Source: Mobula hypostoma
Taxonomy: Eukaryota
DNA length: 64,000 bases
Direction of reading: 5' to 3'
NCBI RefSeq assembly: GCF_963921235.1
Contig: NC_086108.1
Span: 62,622,001 to 62,686,000, forward strand
Of the stretch, positions 36,888-50,084 are shown in pieces; the first letter of the stretch is position 1, and every line of letters starts with the position of its first letter. The position numbers and the translations under genes are program-made. The notes below the pieces were generated by a model. The model was not told the origin of the DNA. It saw only the letters and a list, made by a program, of their open reading frames with translations, and ran no database searches.

Positions 36888-37044
36888 CCAAGGTGTATCT
36901 ACCCCTTTAGCTCAGCATAACTGAGTTTTGTCTCAGGTCTCAGTGCTCATTTGGATAGTAGGGTAGGAAGTTGGGCATGCACCGTCTAATCTCCAGAGTG
37001 TGCCAGAGTTCTCCAACACTGGATCAGCAAGTTTGCAACTGGAC

Positions 37045-38912
37045 CAGCAAATTTGTGTATGACGCCAAGATTGGACAGCAAGGAAGACTATTAAAGCTTG
37101 CAGCAGCATCCAGACCAGCTGGAAAAATGGGCTGAAAAATGACGGATGCCATTTAATGCCCTTGTTTAATGCAAACTAGTGTGAAGTGCTGCACAGAGGA
37201 TATATCAGAGTAGAACTTACTCAGTGAAAGGTAGGGCACTAAATTATATATACTTTATTTTATATACTCTATTGTCGCCAAACAATTGGTACTAGAACGT
37301 ACAATCATCACAGCGATATTTGATTCTGCGCTTCACCCTGGATTACAAATATTAAATATTAAAGATATTAAAAATAGTTAAAATTAGTAAATATTAAAAA
37401 TATAAATTATAAATCATAAATAGAAAATAGAAAAATGGGAAGTAAGGTAGTGCAAAAAAACCGAGAAGCAGGTCCAGTTATTTGGAGGGTACGGCCCAGA
37501 TCCGGGTCAGGATCTGTTCAGCAGTCTTATCACAGTTGGAAAGAAGCTGTTCCCAAATCTGGCCGTACGAGTCTTCAAGCTCCTGAGCCATCTCCCGGAG
37601 GGAAGAGGGATGAAAAGTCTTTTGGCTGGGTGGGTCGTGTCCTTGATTATCCTGGCAGTACTGCTCTGACAGCGTGCGGTGTAAAGTGAGTCCACAGACG
37701 GAAGATTGGTTTGTGTGATGTGCTGCACCGTGTTCACGACCTTCTGCAGCTTCTTTCGGTCTTGGACAGGACAACTTCCATACCAGGTTGTGATGCACCC
37801 TAGAAGAATGCTTTCTACGGTGCATCTATAAAAATTAGTGAGGGTTTTAGGGGACAGGCCAAATTTCTTTAGTTTTCTCAGGAAGTAAAGGTGCTGTTGG
37901 ACCTTCTTGGCAGTGAACTCTGCTTGGTTGGACCAAGTCAGGTCATTTGTGATATTGGCCCTGAGGAACTTAAAGCTTCTGACCTGTTCCACTTGCGCAC
38001 CGCCGATGTAAATTGGGTCGTGCGGTCTGCTACTCCTTCTGAAGTCAACAACCAATTCCTTCGTCTTGCTGACATTGAGGGATAGGTTATTGTCTTCGCA
38101 CCATGCCACCAGATTCTTAATTTCCTCTCTGTACTCAAACTCATCATTACCCGAGATACGGCCTACAATTGTTGTGTCATCAGCAAACTTATATATTGAG
38201 TTTGATGGAAACTATGTAGAAGTTATGTAGAAGAACAGAGGAAGCTGGTAATTCAGTTGCATTATTACTTGAAAGTGGGGTCAAGGGTTATAAAGAGAGC
38301 TTTTTGCATGTTGTCCTTTATAACTCAAAGTATTGAAAAAAGGAGTTGGAATGTTATATTGAAGTTGTATGAGATGTTGGTGCGGCCTAATTTAGAGTGC
38401 TGTGTGCATTTCTGGTCACTTACCTATAAGAAAGATATCAAGAAGATTGAAATAGTGCAGGGAAAATTTACAAGCATGTTTCTGGGACTTAAGGACCTGA
38501 GTTACATGGAAAGGTTGAATAGGTTAGACTTTATTTTGTGGAGCATAGGAAAATGAGAGGTATGCAAAATTATGAGGGATATAAATAGGGTTAATGCAAG
38601 CAGGCTTTTTCAACTGAGGTTGGGTGAGACTAGAACTAGAGGTCATGGGTATAGGAGAAATGACAAGAACCTGAGGGGGAACCTCATGAATCAGGGAATG
38701 GTATGAGAGTAGATTGAGCTACCAATGAAGGTGATGGATGTGGGTTTGATTGCAGCATTTAAGACAACTTTAGATATATATACATTGATGGCAGGGATAT
38801 GGAGGACCATGGTCTGGATGCAGAATGATTGGAATAGGCAGAATAACAGTTTGGCACAGACTAGATGGGCTGAAGAACCTTTTTCTGTGCAGTAGTGCTC
38901 TATGATTCTATG
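37045..38912 (+). mobile_element. Decayed CR1 3' portion split by a Rex1 insertion
   Basis: KF..DAK and WAEK motifs before 37240; ORF 38257 with LVRPNLECCVHFWS; tail tatgattctatg. Confidence 0.8.
37245..38210 (-). mobile_element. Young 5'-truncated Rex1/Babar LINE
   Basis: 200-aa open ORF 37507-38109 (WCEDNNLSLNVSKTKELVVDFRR...NSFFPTVIRLLN); KFADDTT upstream. Confidence 0.92.
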
Positions 38913-39139
38913 GCATCACCAGCTAATCAGCTATTTGACCTTGCTGATCAAACAGTGAGAATATTTTCAGAACAGCTTCTTCCCTTCTGCCATCAGATTT
39001 CTGAATGGCCTATGAATTCTACTCACCTTTCTGCTTTTGCACAATTTATTTATTTTGTTTTTTATTGTAATGTATAGCTTTTTCCTGTCTCGCACTGTAG
39101 AAATTTGGTGATAATTTTTCTTATGTCTTGCACTTTAGA

Positions 39140-39740
39140 AATTCTTTAGTCTCTGGTGACCTACCAGCTTTCCTCTAATCCCTAATAATATGCCTTCTTT
39201 GTGATTGCATAAATAGATTGGGCCCAGGATAGATCTTCTGAGATGTAAAGCCCAGGAACCTGAAGCTGCTACAAATGTGCAGTGGAGAGCATTCTGAATG
39301 GTTGCATCACTGCCTGGTATTGAGGTTCCGATCATCAAGATTGCATGAGGCCACCCTCAGCCAGCTATATCATGGTCATGAGCCTGCCCACCATCGAGGT
39401 CATCTTAAAAAGGTGATGCCTCAAGAAGGCAGCATACATCTTTAAGGACTCTCACCATTCGGGACATACCCTCTCCTCCTTACTACCATCAGGCAGAAGG
39501 TACTGGAGTCTGAACACTTTAGGACCAACTTCTTCCTCTGTGCCATCAGATTTCCGAACAGTCCATGAACTCATCAACACTACCTCATTATTCTTCTTTT
39601 GCATTATTTATTTTAGTTTTTTGCTGTTACATACAGTACTTTATTTTACTTTTTCTCTGTTTTGCACTGTACTGCTGCCACTGGACAACAAATTCCATGA
39701 CATATATCAGGGATATTAAACCTAATCTGATTCTGATTCT
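39140..39740 (+). mobile_element. Rex1 3' end with an inverted 5' segment
   Basis: 39140-39267 is antisense Rex1 (rc of cagcttcaggttcctggg...); 39268 onward is sense up to the (attctg)n tail. Confidence 0.65.
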
Positions 39741-40374
39741 ATTTGCCTCACCCTAGAGAGGCTCACGTTGAAGAAAAAGAAGAGAGAGCACAGTCTCCCA
39801 ACACTGCCATAACTGTTCGGCTCTGCAACTCAGTTCTTCTAGAATTAAATCGCAGTGCTTGGTTTACAATTGTGTTTGTGTTATTACCTTGTAAATCTAC
39901 CACTGTTGGTTTATGTGCGTTCCACTTAAACTTTTAATGGTTTATGTTTGTTCCCATTTAAGTTCTTATGGTTCAAGTATTACAGATCTTATTTTCCCTA
40001 TCAAACTGAAAATCTGTGTTGTAAAATACTGTGCCAAATCTACGTTCATTCTTCAAGTTTATCAAGTTCTTTCCTGCAGTCCTAATTAATATTAACTATT
40101 TCCCCTATTTTGTGCGATCTGTATTTTTTTCTAGAAATAGTGCTTTTTGTTCTTAAATATAAATGATTACTATAAGATTCGATCAGCTCTGGTCTCCACA
40201 GAATGACAGTCTTTATCCCTACACTCCGTTTACTGCCTTGAAGTCTGCAACCCTTTTATTCCTGGGTATCTGTTTTAAAGGGATACTCAATATCTCAGGG
40301 TTATTGCAGCTGTGGCTGTGGAGAAGACCTCTGAAATAATGGATACTCTGTCAAGACAGCACTAACATATTCCT

Positions 40375-40700
40375 TGGAATGCAGGAGAATGTGGGGCGAC
40401 CTTATAGAAGTGTTTAAGACTATGAGAGATTAAATAGGATGGATGGTAAGAGTATTTTCCTTAGGGGAGGGGAGTCTAAAACTGGGGGGCATAGATTTAA
40501 GGGAAAAAAATTTTAAAGCGACCTGAGGGACATCTTTTCACTCAGAGGATGGAAAGAGCTGCCATTGGAAGTGGTTGAAGCAGGTACCATAGATTCATTT
40601 AAGAAACTCTTAGATAGGTTCATGAGGGGCAGCACCTAGAGGGATATGGGCCAAGTGGAGAGAATTTGAACTAGCCATTTGGGATGGGCTTGTTCCATGC
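40375..40700 (+). mobile_element. CR1 3' remnant
   Basis: ggggcgaccttatagaagtgtttaag (GDLIEVFK) and ttttcactcagagg. Confidence 0.7.
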
Positions 40701-41422
40701 TCTTGTTCCAGGGTTAATTATAAGCAGTTTTCTCTGCACTAACTCTAGTGCAAAAACATATTTCTTTAAATATGAAGACGAAAAGCATATGCAGTACTCC
40801 AGGGGCTGTCTCACCAGTGTCCTGTAAAGTCATATTAACATTTCTCTATACCAATACCCCTTTCAATTTTAGCCAACATTCCAATAGACTTCCCAATTAT
40901 TTACTGTGCCTGCAAGGTAATTCTTTGTGTTTCCTCTACTAGGATCCCTGTCTTTTTAAATAATAGTTTGCTCTTACATTCTACCTTCTAAGTGCATAAC
41001 CTCACATTTTTCCACGTTATATTTCATCTGCCAACTTCTGGTTCACCCTTCTCACTTAATTTCTTCATCTTACTCACTACTTATCTTTATATCAATAGCA
41101 AACTGGCTGCAGTACAACTTCATTGTTAACCCACATTAATGTTAATTTCTGAGTAAAACTGTGGTAATTGCAACATTGAACTGATTATTTTTGATCAAGA
41201 TTTACTATTCTGCATTTGATGGCTTCCCAGTGTCAGATATCAAATTAGGGATGTCAGCTATCGTGAAATGTACGCTCCAATTCTTCCTAGCATTAAATGG
41301 ATCTCCCAGAATGAGGTTGGTAGTCACAAGAAGCCAAGGGCCACAATCCACTGCATGTTTCATCCAGCCACCCTGGGACAATGCCTCTGGGGTTCTTGCT
41401 TTGTGCACCACGGAAGAAGAAA

Positions 41423-43587
41423 CAGGGGCGGCGCTAAGGTGGTGCTAGCTAGTGCCATAGCCCCAGCAGAAATTTCAATAGCACCAGCGTAGCACCACCA
41501 AGAAATTAACTGAAATTTCACATACAAATTGCAGCTGCTTTGCTTTTTCTGTATAGTTTTGAATACAGTTTGCTTCTCCAGTTGATCTAGTGAAACAGCA
41601 CCCCCAATTACCATAGCACCCACGCAGCAATAAAGTTATAAACTCTGTCAGATCCACTCTACACTTCTGCTTATTCGTTCGTTGTCAATGTCTTGCCGTT
41701 GCTGTCCTCAGATCAGTTAAGCTGATCTAAGATCACTTAAGGTGGTGATGCCACTCACTCTCACTCACGCGAGAGATTTATAGTGTACATCCAGGCGCAG
41801 ATCCATGATCTCGCGAGACTAATGGATGTCATGCACACACATTGTGCTTTTACAAGCTAGCGTGGGCCTGGCACATGCATTATTTTGGCCGGCGTGAAAA
41901 ATGGATCGATTTTTAGTGAGAAAACAACCTCATCCAGAGGAATCAGTGCTGTCTCAGCCCGAGCATGTCTTAATTGAAAGTGACATGCAAAAAGAAGAAA
42001 GTGGGGATGAGGACGACAGCAGTTGATCGAAGGAGTGTGAGGCCGAAGTAAAGGAACAAGAAGTGGACCAGGATACGGAAGAGAAAGTAGATGAAGCTGC
42101 TCTTAGTGCGAGTGGGAATACTGTTAGCGATGTTAGCCAGCAGCCTGAGGAAGGACCTCGTCGGCCATCATTGAAAAAGTACCCTTCGCTGCTCGCAACA
42201 GTTTGGCAATCAGCAAAGGAATTTTATTCGTGGCTGGTTTGACTGACTGGAATATTCGATCACGAAAGATACTACATTCTGCTTCACGTGCAGGCATTTC
42301 CTGTGTGGAGGACATGGGTTCCATTCTGAGTCTACCTTCACTGTCACCGGTTACCGCAACTGGCGGAAAGCTACAACAGCTTTCAAAACCCACCATGTAA
42401 GTGCAGCTCATAAGTTTGTTATGGAGGCATGGGCCGAATTCAGATTGAGAAAACAAGACAGTTCAAGATTGGGAAATATGCTTGACAAAGGACATGCAAA
42501 GATTGTCCAAGAAAATCGTGAGTAAATGAGAGCAGTGGTTGAGTCTCTAGCAAGGACAGACAGTGAATGACACAGTGGAATTTCTAGCTCTAATGAGACC
42601 CACCCGCGATGCATTTATAGATTAATACAAACTAATCTACATATCACTGACTCTACCTGTGACATCTGCCTCATGCAAACAGACTTTCTCTTGCCTCAGA
42701 CGCCTCAAAAAACTACCTAAGAAATAGCAGCAGTGATGCTCGGAACAGCAGCTTGGCCCTGTTGGCCATAAACAGCCAGGGGACCAAAGCACTCGACATC
42801 CAGGAAATCATTGATGCTTTCACCACCAATCACAACAGATGGATTGCACTTCTCTGAAAATATCAATGGTGAGTGCAGTTGATTTTTTAAAAATTTGGGC
42901 CAAGACTAATGCTGATTATTATTATTATTTTGTGGTGGATATTCCATAGTCCTTATGTTTGCTGCAAATCCTAAACTATTACATTTACTGCTATTAAGCC
43001 TACTGGTTATTTTTTAGACTTCCAAGTGGTGATCCTGTTGATTTTTGTTTTAAATTCAGTAGCCGAATTAATTGAGGTATTGCATGGTCAGAGTACGATT
43101 TGTCCAACTCCTGGTAAAGCCTTGCATCTGTTGTTTGCCTCATTTGACTTTAATAACGGTGTATCTTTTGGCATTGTCTGTCTATGTAATGCGAATAGCA
43201 GTGGACATTGTGGGTAAGTGTTGTGTTTTTCAGTTGAAAAGCATGCATTTGACGCTGATTGCGGGATTGCGTGATTCATGTTGTGCGCTGTGGGTCTGAT
43301 GCTCTGTTGGTTTGTTTGTTTATGCTCTGTGTGGCCCGGGTTGTCTCCAATGCTGTTGACACTGTCACAGTTCACTTCTATATTAGATCTATCAATTGCT
43401 GTTGCTTGTGAATCAACAGAGGCATTTATAGTAGCTACATAATGCTTGAAACTGACTTTTGAATACCACACATCTGGCCTTGCAAACACATACTGTATTA
43501 CCATAGGGTACATCCCTCAGCACCATCACTGAATAATTCAACCCCACTGTAGCACCAGCAAGAAAAAAATCTCTGGCGCCGCCACTG
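41423..43587 (+). mobile_element. Internally deleted hAT transposon (Tip100/ZMYM1-like group)
   Basis: TIRs caggggcggcgc / rc cagtggcggcgc; perfect 8-bp TSD agaagaaa; start MDRFLVRK at ~41900; LEYSITKDTTFCFTCRHF; C-terminal FSCLRRLK...LALLAIN. Confidence 0.92.
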
Positions 43588-44874
43588 AGAAGAAATGTAA
43601 TTTCTAAGTAATACACTGTTCAGCAGTATGATCAGCAGTATAATTAACACTGGGGTAGATTTAAATTCGGGTAATTAGAAACTGGGACAAAATTTCTTAG
43701 ATGAATTCTGGCTTTGAATCAGGTAAGACATATTAACAAGGCAAGGATTTAGCACGTTTTCAAGTTTTTATCAAGTTTCCCATCAAAAATTTCTGAAGAA
43801 TTTCTTGACCTTTCTTTGGTTGTAGGATCACCAAATTACATCTAATGGAATTCATTGTGTTGTTGCCCCTCCTTTTGTCTTCCCTATTTTAAAATCATAG
43901 TTTACTGCTTAGTGAAAGAAATATTTGTATTTACATAAAGGCCCTCATGTAAAAGAAAGATTAAGTACATCTGAAGTGTAAAAAAGGAGGATGTCGTGAT
44001 GTAGTTAATGCTGAAGCCAATTCACACAAGCAGCCATGTGAAACTCTATTTTTAATTATGTTGATTGAGAGATAAATGGTGGTCAGATGCGTGGGAATAA
44101 TATAGGAAACAGGCAAGATCTCAGTTTAGCTTTTCTTCTGAAAGGTGGTATCTCTAGATGTACAGCATTCAGTCAGTATTGTATTGATGTGTCCGTCTGT
44201 ATTTGAACAGTCAAATATTCACCGTGGAACATAAGCACAGAATCTCTGACTTTCAGGCAAGGTCACAACTTCCTGACTAACAGTTAATGCTGCTGAATCA
44301 GGCTTTCATGGTTTATTCCAATCCTTTCAAGCTTGCTGGTGGCCCCCATTAAGATCGACTTTGGCTCTTCTGCAGGAATTTACAAAAAGGAATGATGAAA
44401 AGAAACAGCTATAAATTTTGAAAGATAATGACACTACCAAAGTTGTCAGAAAAATAACAGCGAGCTAAGTATCTTGAACAGAACATGCACTTCCTGGTAA
44501 CCCCTGAGTGATTTTTCATCACTTATGCTGTGACCAGTAATTTAATCATGTGTCTTCAATCATGGCATGTATTAGAGGTATGAATCAGCAGTAGGAATCG
44601 ATAGAATCAAATAATAGGGCCTATTGCTAACACATTTAAGGCCAGTTTTGTATCATCTGCTGAGCTAAAATTTATTCCACTTGATTATCTCTATCCAAGT
44701 CACTACCAGTTGCAACACCGACCGATACCCACCCCGCCTAAATGATATATTGTCATGATGAACCACAAACAATATCACCACCCATTACTTACATGCTGCT
44801 CACCACCTTGTGGAAGTACAACTCTGGATTCAACCATGCCAAAGGGTGAAATTTTATTCAATAAGCAGAAAAAT

Positions 44875-45355
44875 AAGTATCAAGTTCATTATCACTGTCT
44901 TGTATTATGTAAAATGTTTTGTTTTGCAGCAACACCACAGTGCCAAGATTTATAAGTTACTATAAATTACAAAATAAATAAATACTGCAAGTGAATGGAA
45001 TAATGAGGTCATTTTAATGGATTCATTGACCATTCAGAAGTCCAATGGAAGAGGGGAAGAAGCTGTTTTTTTTGATTTGTTGAGTATAGAACTTCAGACT
45101 TCTGTACTTGATGGTAGTAGTGAGAGAGGTCATGTCCCAGATGGTGAGAGTCCGTAATGATGGATGCTGCCTTCTTGATGCACTGTCTCTTGAAGATGTC
45201 CTCAATGTAGGGTGGATTGTGTTTGTGATGGAGCTGGCTGACTCTGCAACCCTCTGCAGCTTCTTATGGTCCTGTGCATTAGAGCCTCCCTACCAAGCTA
45301 TGATGCAACCCATCAGAATGCTCTCTACTGTGCATCTAGAGAAATTTGCAAGAGT
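44875..45355 (-). mobile_element. Rex1 3' end
   Basis: rc of CTVESIL.GCI.AW; minus ORF with KNSFFPSSIGLLN. Confidence 0.75.
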
Positions 45356-45574
45356 ATGAATGCAATGAATAATTTATTCCTAGAGCCCAAATAACGCCTT
45401 ACCTGTTAGGGAAGGAAAAATAGCTTACAAACAACTACAATTCAACAACTTCTATGTTTCTATGTTTCTAATTCCACTTTATATAATTCACTTGTAGAAG
45501 TCCACATTCATATCAGAGAACTAACGACACAAACTAAAACTAGCTATTGGAGATCTGAATCAAGATAATCCTCT

Positions 45575-46100
45575 GCAACACACACAAAGTGCTGGAGGTA
45601 CTCAGCAGGCTAGGCAGCAACTATGGAAAAGAGGACAGTTGACACTTGGGCCGAGACCCTTCTTCAGGACTGGAGAGAAAAAAAAGATGAAGAGTCAGAG
45701 TTCGAAGGTGGGGGGAGGGGAGGTGTAACTGGAAGAGGGGTAGAGGGATGAAGTGAAGTGCTGGAAGTTGATTGGTGAAAGAGACACAGGGCTGGAGAGG
45801 GGGGAATCTGATAGGAGAGGACAGAAGACCATGGAAGAAAGAATAGGGGGAGGAGCACCAGAGGGAAGTGATGGGCAAGTAAGGAGATAAGGTGAGAGAG
45901 GGAAATGGGAATGGGGAATGGTAAAGGGGGGGGCATTACCAGAAGTTTGAGAAATTGATGTTGAAGCCATCAGGTTGGAGGCTACCCAGACGGAATATAA
46001 GGTGTTGCTCCTGCAACCTGAGAGTGGCCTCATCCCAACAGTAGAGGATACCATGGATTGACATGTCAGAATGAGAATGGGAAGTGGAATTTAAATGGGA
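45575..46100 (-). mobile_element. Penelope-like 3' fragment with mutated hammerhead at 45637-45671
   Basis: Minus ORF with EQHLIFRLGSLQPDGFN; similarity to 24400-24940. Confidence 0.85.
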
Positions 46101-48194
46101 GACGAATGGAGTATAGGTACCCACACTCTACAAAAGAGGGTGGCAAAAGCTTCTTTACTGTGGATGATCATTTTAAAGAGGATTTAAGTAGAAGGAGGTG
46201 AAGGAAAATTGGAACCGTTAGATACACAATTCTGCTGATGCTGAAAACATGAAATAAAACCAAGCTAGTTAGAAATATCCAGCAGCTCGGACACTATTTA
46301 TAGAGAGAGAGACTAGTTATCTGAAACTGTTGAAATTTTTATCAAATCTAAAGGGCTATAATGTGGAAAGTCTGAAGATGAGATATTGTCCTTGAGCTTA
46401 TATTTGTTTAAATAATGTGGGAAGTTGAAAGTACGGAGAAAAGAGTGGGTGTGGAACAGAGAATTAATGTGACAACAACTGGAAGCTCGGGATCATCCTT
46501 GCAAACTGAATGGAGGTGTTAATCTGCTTTTGGTTTCTACATTGAAGAGAGAGAGGTCGTTGAAGTCTACATTGCTATTGATAAATGGCCTGTTTCAGAG
46601 TCTTACTAAGGAGATAAGTAGTTCGGCATCTACAGCTGGGATATTAGGACACTATACCAGATATATAGTCTTACCTTTTATAAGGAAATTATGTGGATTA
46701 CTGTATCACATCTGCTGTCACTTTCCTTTGACCATTGTCAATAACGAGTTATGCCTGTAAGGTCCATTCACTTCAGTTTTAGGAGAACCTCAAAAAAACT
46801 GCACATTATCAAATGCTGCCCTGTTAGCAAGTGCAGTTACAGTTAACTCATCTCTAGAATTGTACTTTTAATGTAGGTGTTGTGTTTGGCAGTTTGACAC
46901 TTCTCTTGCACCACATATTAACATTCTGAATTGTTTTTATTAGCTTTTGGCCTGTCACTGGTCCCCAGTTTGTTCTTTGCCCTTATCCCTTTACAGGTAA
47001 ATTTACTAAGGATGATATAGCCTGGGCAGTAAACATTTCTGTCATTGGTATTAAATGTCAGTTCAGCAAAATTTTCACTTTAAAGAGGGCAACAAAAGCT
47101 TGATTTTCTTTGCTCTTTCCCCAGCTATCCAAATGAAATACATCAAATTGTGCCTAGACTCTCAGTTCCATTGGCTATGGACAGTCCTGTGGCTGGATTC
47201 AACTTTCTCCAGCATTGACATTGCCTGAGTGTGTGCAGACAGCTTATCCAAGTCTAACATACTGTATCTCTTGTTTTCATTTGTTTAAAGGCAACTTTGC
47301 TTCTCAGAGTCTCTGTGAATCAGAGGATTTGAACCATACTGTGATGGGTAATGGAACATTTGTAGCAAGAACCAAATAAATTTAGTATTACGAATTAGGC
47401 TTTAAAATAAATTAAGTAATGCAGAAACCTTAGTTAGACCTGTTATATATGCAAAAGCATATCATTATTGCTAAACCCAGTTCTCCCAATGCTTATTCCA
47501 AACCAGTCAAGACTTAACAGACTCTCCACAGGCTACTCCAAGGAACATGTGTAATGCCTGAGGGAATTTGCTTTGTTGATGAAAATCATTGAAGGGAGTT
47601 TTCTTGGGAAGCTATTAAACTGTCCAACCTTGCAGTGCACTTGGCTGAAAGAGATGTTTAGTTACATGTTGAATGGTATGCTGTTTGTAATAACGTATAA
47701 TTACAAGCTTTTCAGTTTTTGTTGGACCCCTCCCTGTTAATGAACTTAAAAAATTGCTTGCAGGTTCCAAATGGTTTATCCAATTTATTTTATATCTTGT
47801 TGATTACTGCTGTTTCTAGGCAAAGCCACAAGTTGTAATCAACAGAGCATGATTTACCCTTTCCATGCAAAGTCGAACAACACTCTGTCAAAGTGCACAC
47901 TGACATTAGTTTCTGTAGTTGCTAGTTTTCAAATCATTGTGGTAAATATTACCACAAAAAGAAAGTCACAAGTAGGTTATCTTTTGAGGACAGCTTCAGC
48001 ACTTCAGCCCTGTGTTTTAACATATATATTTTTTTGTTTTAGTCAGAGGTACAGGCATTATGGTTGGTATGGACTCATTTCTAAACTGCTATTTTTTTCA
48101 TCCTAATATTGCATAATGCTTCCAACACACGTGCTGTAATTTAGCATTTGTACATTTAATGAACAATTTATAAATGCATTGCAAGTATTCAGGA

Positions 48195-48505
48195 GCAGTA
48201 CAGTGGCACCGTTCCCATGGTCAGGGCACTATCGCTGTGGAGTTGGGACAATATCCCTGTAACCACTTGGATTTCCTTCGGGTACTCCAATTTCTCCCGC
48301 ATCCCTGAAACACAAGCTTTGATAAGTTGATTGGCCTCTGTAAATTATCGTTATTGTGTAGATAAGTGATAAAATCTGTCAGGAGCGAATAGGAATGTGG
48401 AAAAAAATTGAAACAGGGTGAAAGGAGATTAGCATACATGCTGCTTGAGGGTTAGTACAGACTTGGTGGACTGAAGGGCCATAATCATGTTGTGTGGCTC
48501 TATGA
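48195..48505 (+). mobile_element. Degraded V-SINE with CR1-type tail
   Basis: gatttccttcgggtactccaatttctcccgcatcc; tail ctgaagggcc...ctctatgac. Confidence 0.6.
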
Positions 48506-49614
48506 CACTACATATATTTAGTATCATGACTATATTTATGTTATGAAAATAACACCTGTTAGTAATTTAGAAAAATATTTCAGTTCTCCCACTAATCCTC
48601 CTCAATGTTAAAATGCTTGGCTGCCCTCTATCAGGCAAATGAATAGCTAGGTAATTAAATATTCCAAATGCCACAACAGTCTGAGTTACATCAATAACAT
48701 GCAAAAATGTTTTAATTTATCTAAAATTTGTGATTCAATCTCTGGACACAAGCTTTAATTACTTCTTTGCTTGTTAATGTGTTAATTACTTTTTTTATAA
48801 GATTTAATTTAAAAAATATTCTAGTTTAATTGAACAGCTTTTAACAGTCTCTGGAAAGGCATTTACAAACTTTGCAATAGGCTTTGTAGTTGTTAGGTTA
48901 TGAGAGTGTTCTTTGGCTAGGCCCACATGATAGGCTGCCTGAGGCCTAATTGATCACAACACTCTCCTCCTCAGGGGCATCAAAGGCAGCGGGCTGGGAA
49001 CGAGATGACTTGACCCCATGTCCGGTCACCTACAGGAAATTGATAAAAAAAAAACAAAGCATAAACAGAATTATTACAGAGCTTCACTCTGTTTTCTTTG
49101 TGAACCCAACTGTAACTTCCATGGCTGTATATACCTTTACAAAAGACTTATGTGATCAACTTTGGACTTCAAATAAGACAAATAACGAAAAGTCAGGAGT
49201 CAGGTATGAGGACGGATGTGGTGATTTTTTTTCACATTGTATTTTTCATGAGCAACAGAGTGAAAACCATAAAATATGATTCACTGTTTATTATTTTACT
49301 TTTTTTCTTATTATTTTCTTATTTATATTTTCAGGGTAATTTCTTATTCTTTCTGCTATTTCTAGTTTAATATTCAACACCAGGAGATATTCGTATTGTA
49401 AATGAGGAATTTATCAGGTAATGGATGATTTAGGGAGAAAGATTACCAGAGAAAGAGGTCTGAAACTTCTCCTTTAAGTACTGATGAAACAAAATGCTCT
49501 GATTGTGTATCCCTGTTTATTTTTAGTCTAACACCATTCCAATTGAAAGATATGGTGAAAGAATCAGTTACATTTCTGCTATTAGAATTTAGGAGTACAG
49601 TGTAAATGGGGAAG

Positions 49615-49720
49615 GGGGTCAGTCCTGAAGAAGGGTTTTGGCCTGAAATGTCCACTGTACTTTTTTCCATAGATGCTGCCTGGCCTACTGAGTTCCTCCA
49701 GCATTTTGTGTGTGTTGCCA
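49615..49720 (+). mobile_element. Short Penelope pLTR fragment starting at a hammerhead motif (49621-49656)
   Basis: agtc-CTGAAGA-agggttttggcct-GAAA-tgtc-cact followed by the same 3' flank as 24880-24944. Confidence 0.8.
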
Positions 49721-50084
49721 GCAGGATCAGGTTTTGCCTAAAATTCCTCAATGACCAAGACAAAAACTTTCTTTTCATTTTCAATAAATCCAAGAATTTT
49801 GAGTCATCATTTGACAAACGCTGAAAGTATCCCGAGCTAATTGCTGAATTGGACTGCTTAAAATCTCTTTTTGCTGAGTGAATGTATCTGCCACCTGGCC
49901 AGTTACTTCCCACAGATAACTACACTGGTGTCTCTGGGCAGGGGGGAAGGGAGAGGAAAATTAAATGCCTTCTCTGTTAGCTATCTAGAGCCCTGTGGTG
50001 GAAATCTTTTGTAAGGCATTGATTGAAGACAGAATTGAGTTTAGCTATGTTATCTCATATGAGTCAATTAGTTAGTATCACTTC

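Noticed and set aside
44284..44410. Minus-strand acceptor with a short open frame
   Set aside because: No donor and no homology; similar chance acceptors occur elsewhere, e.g. near 17063.
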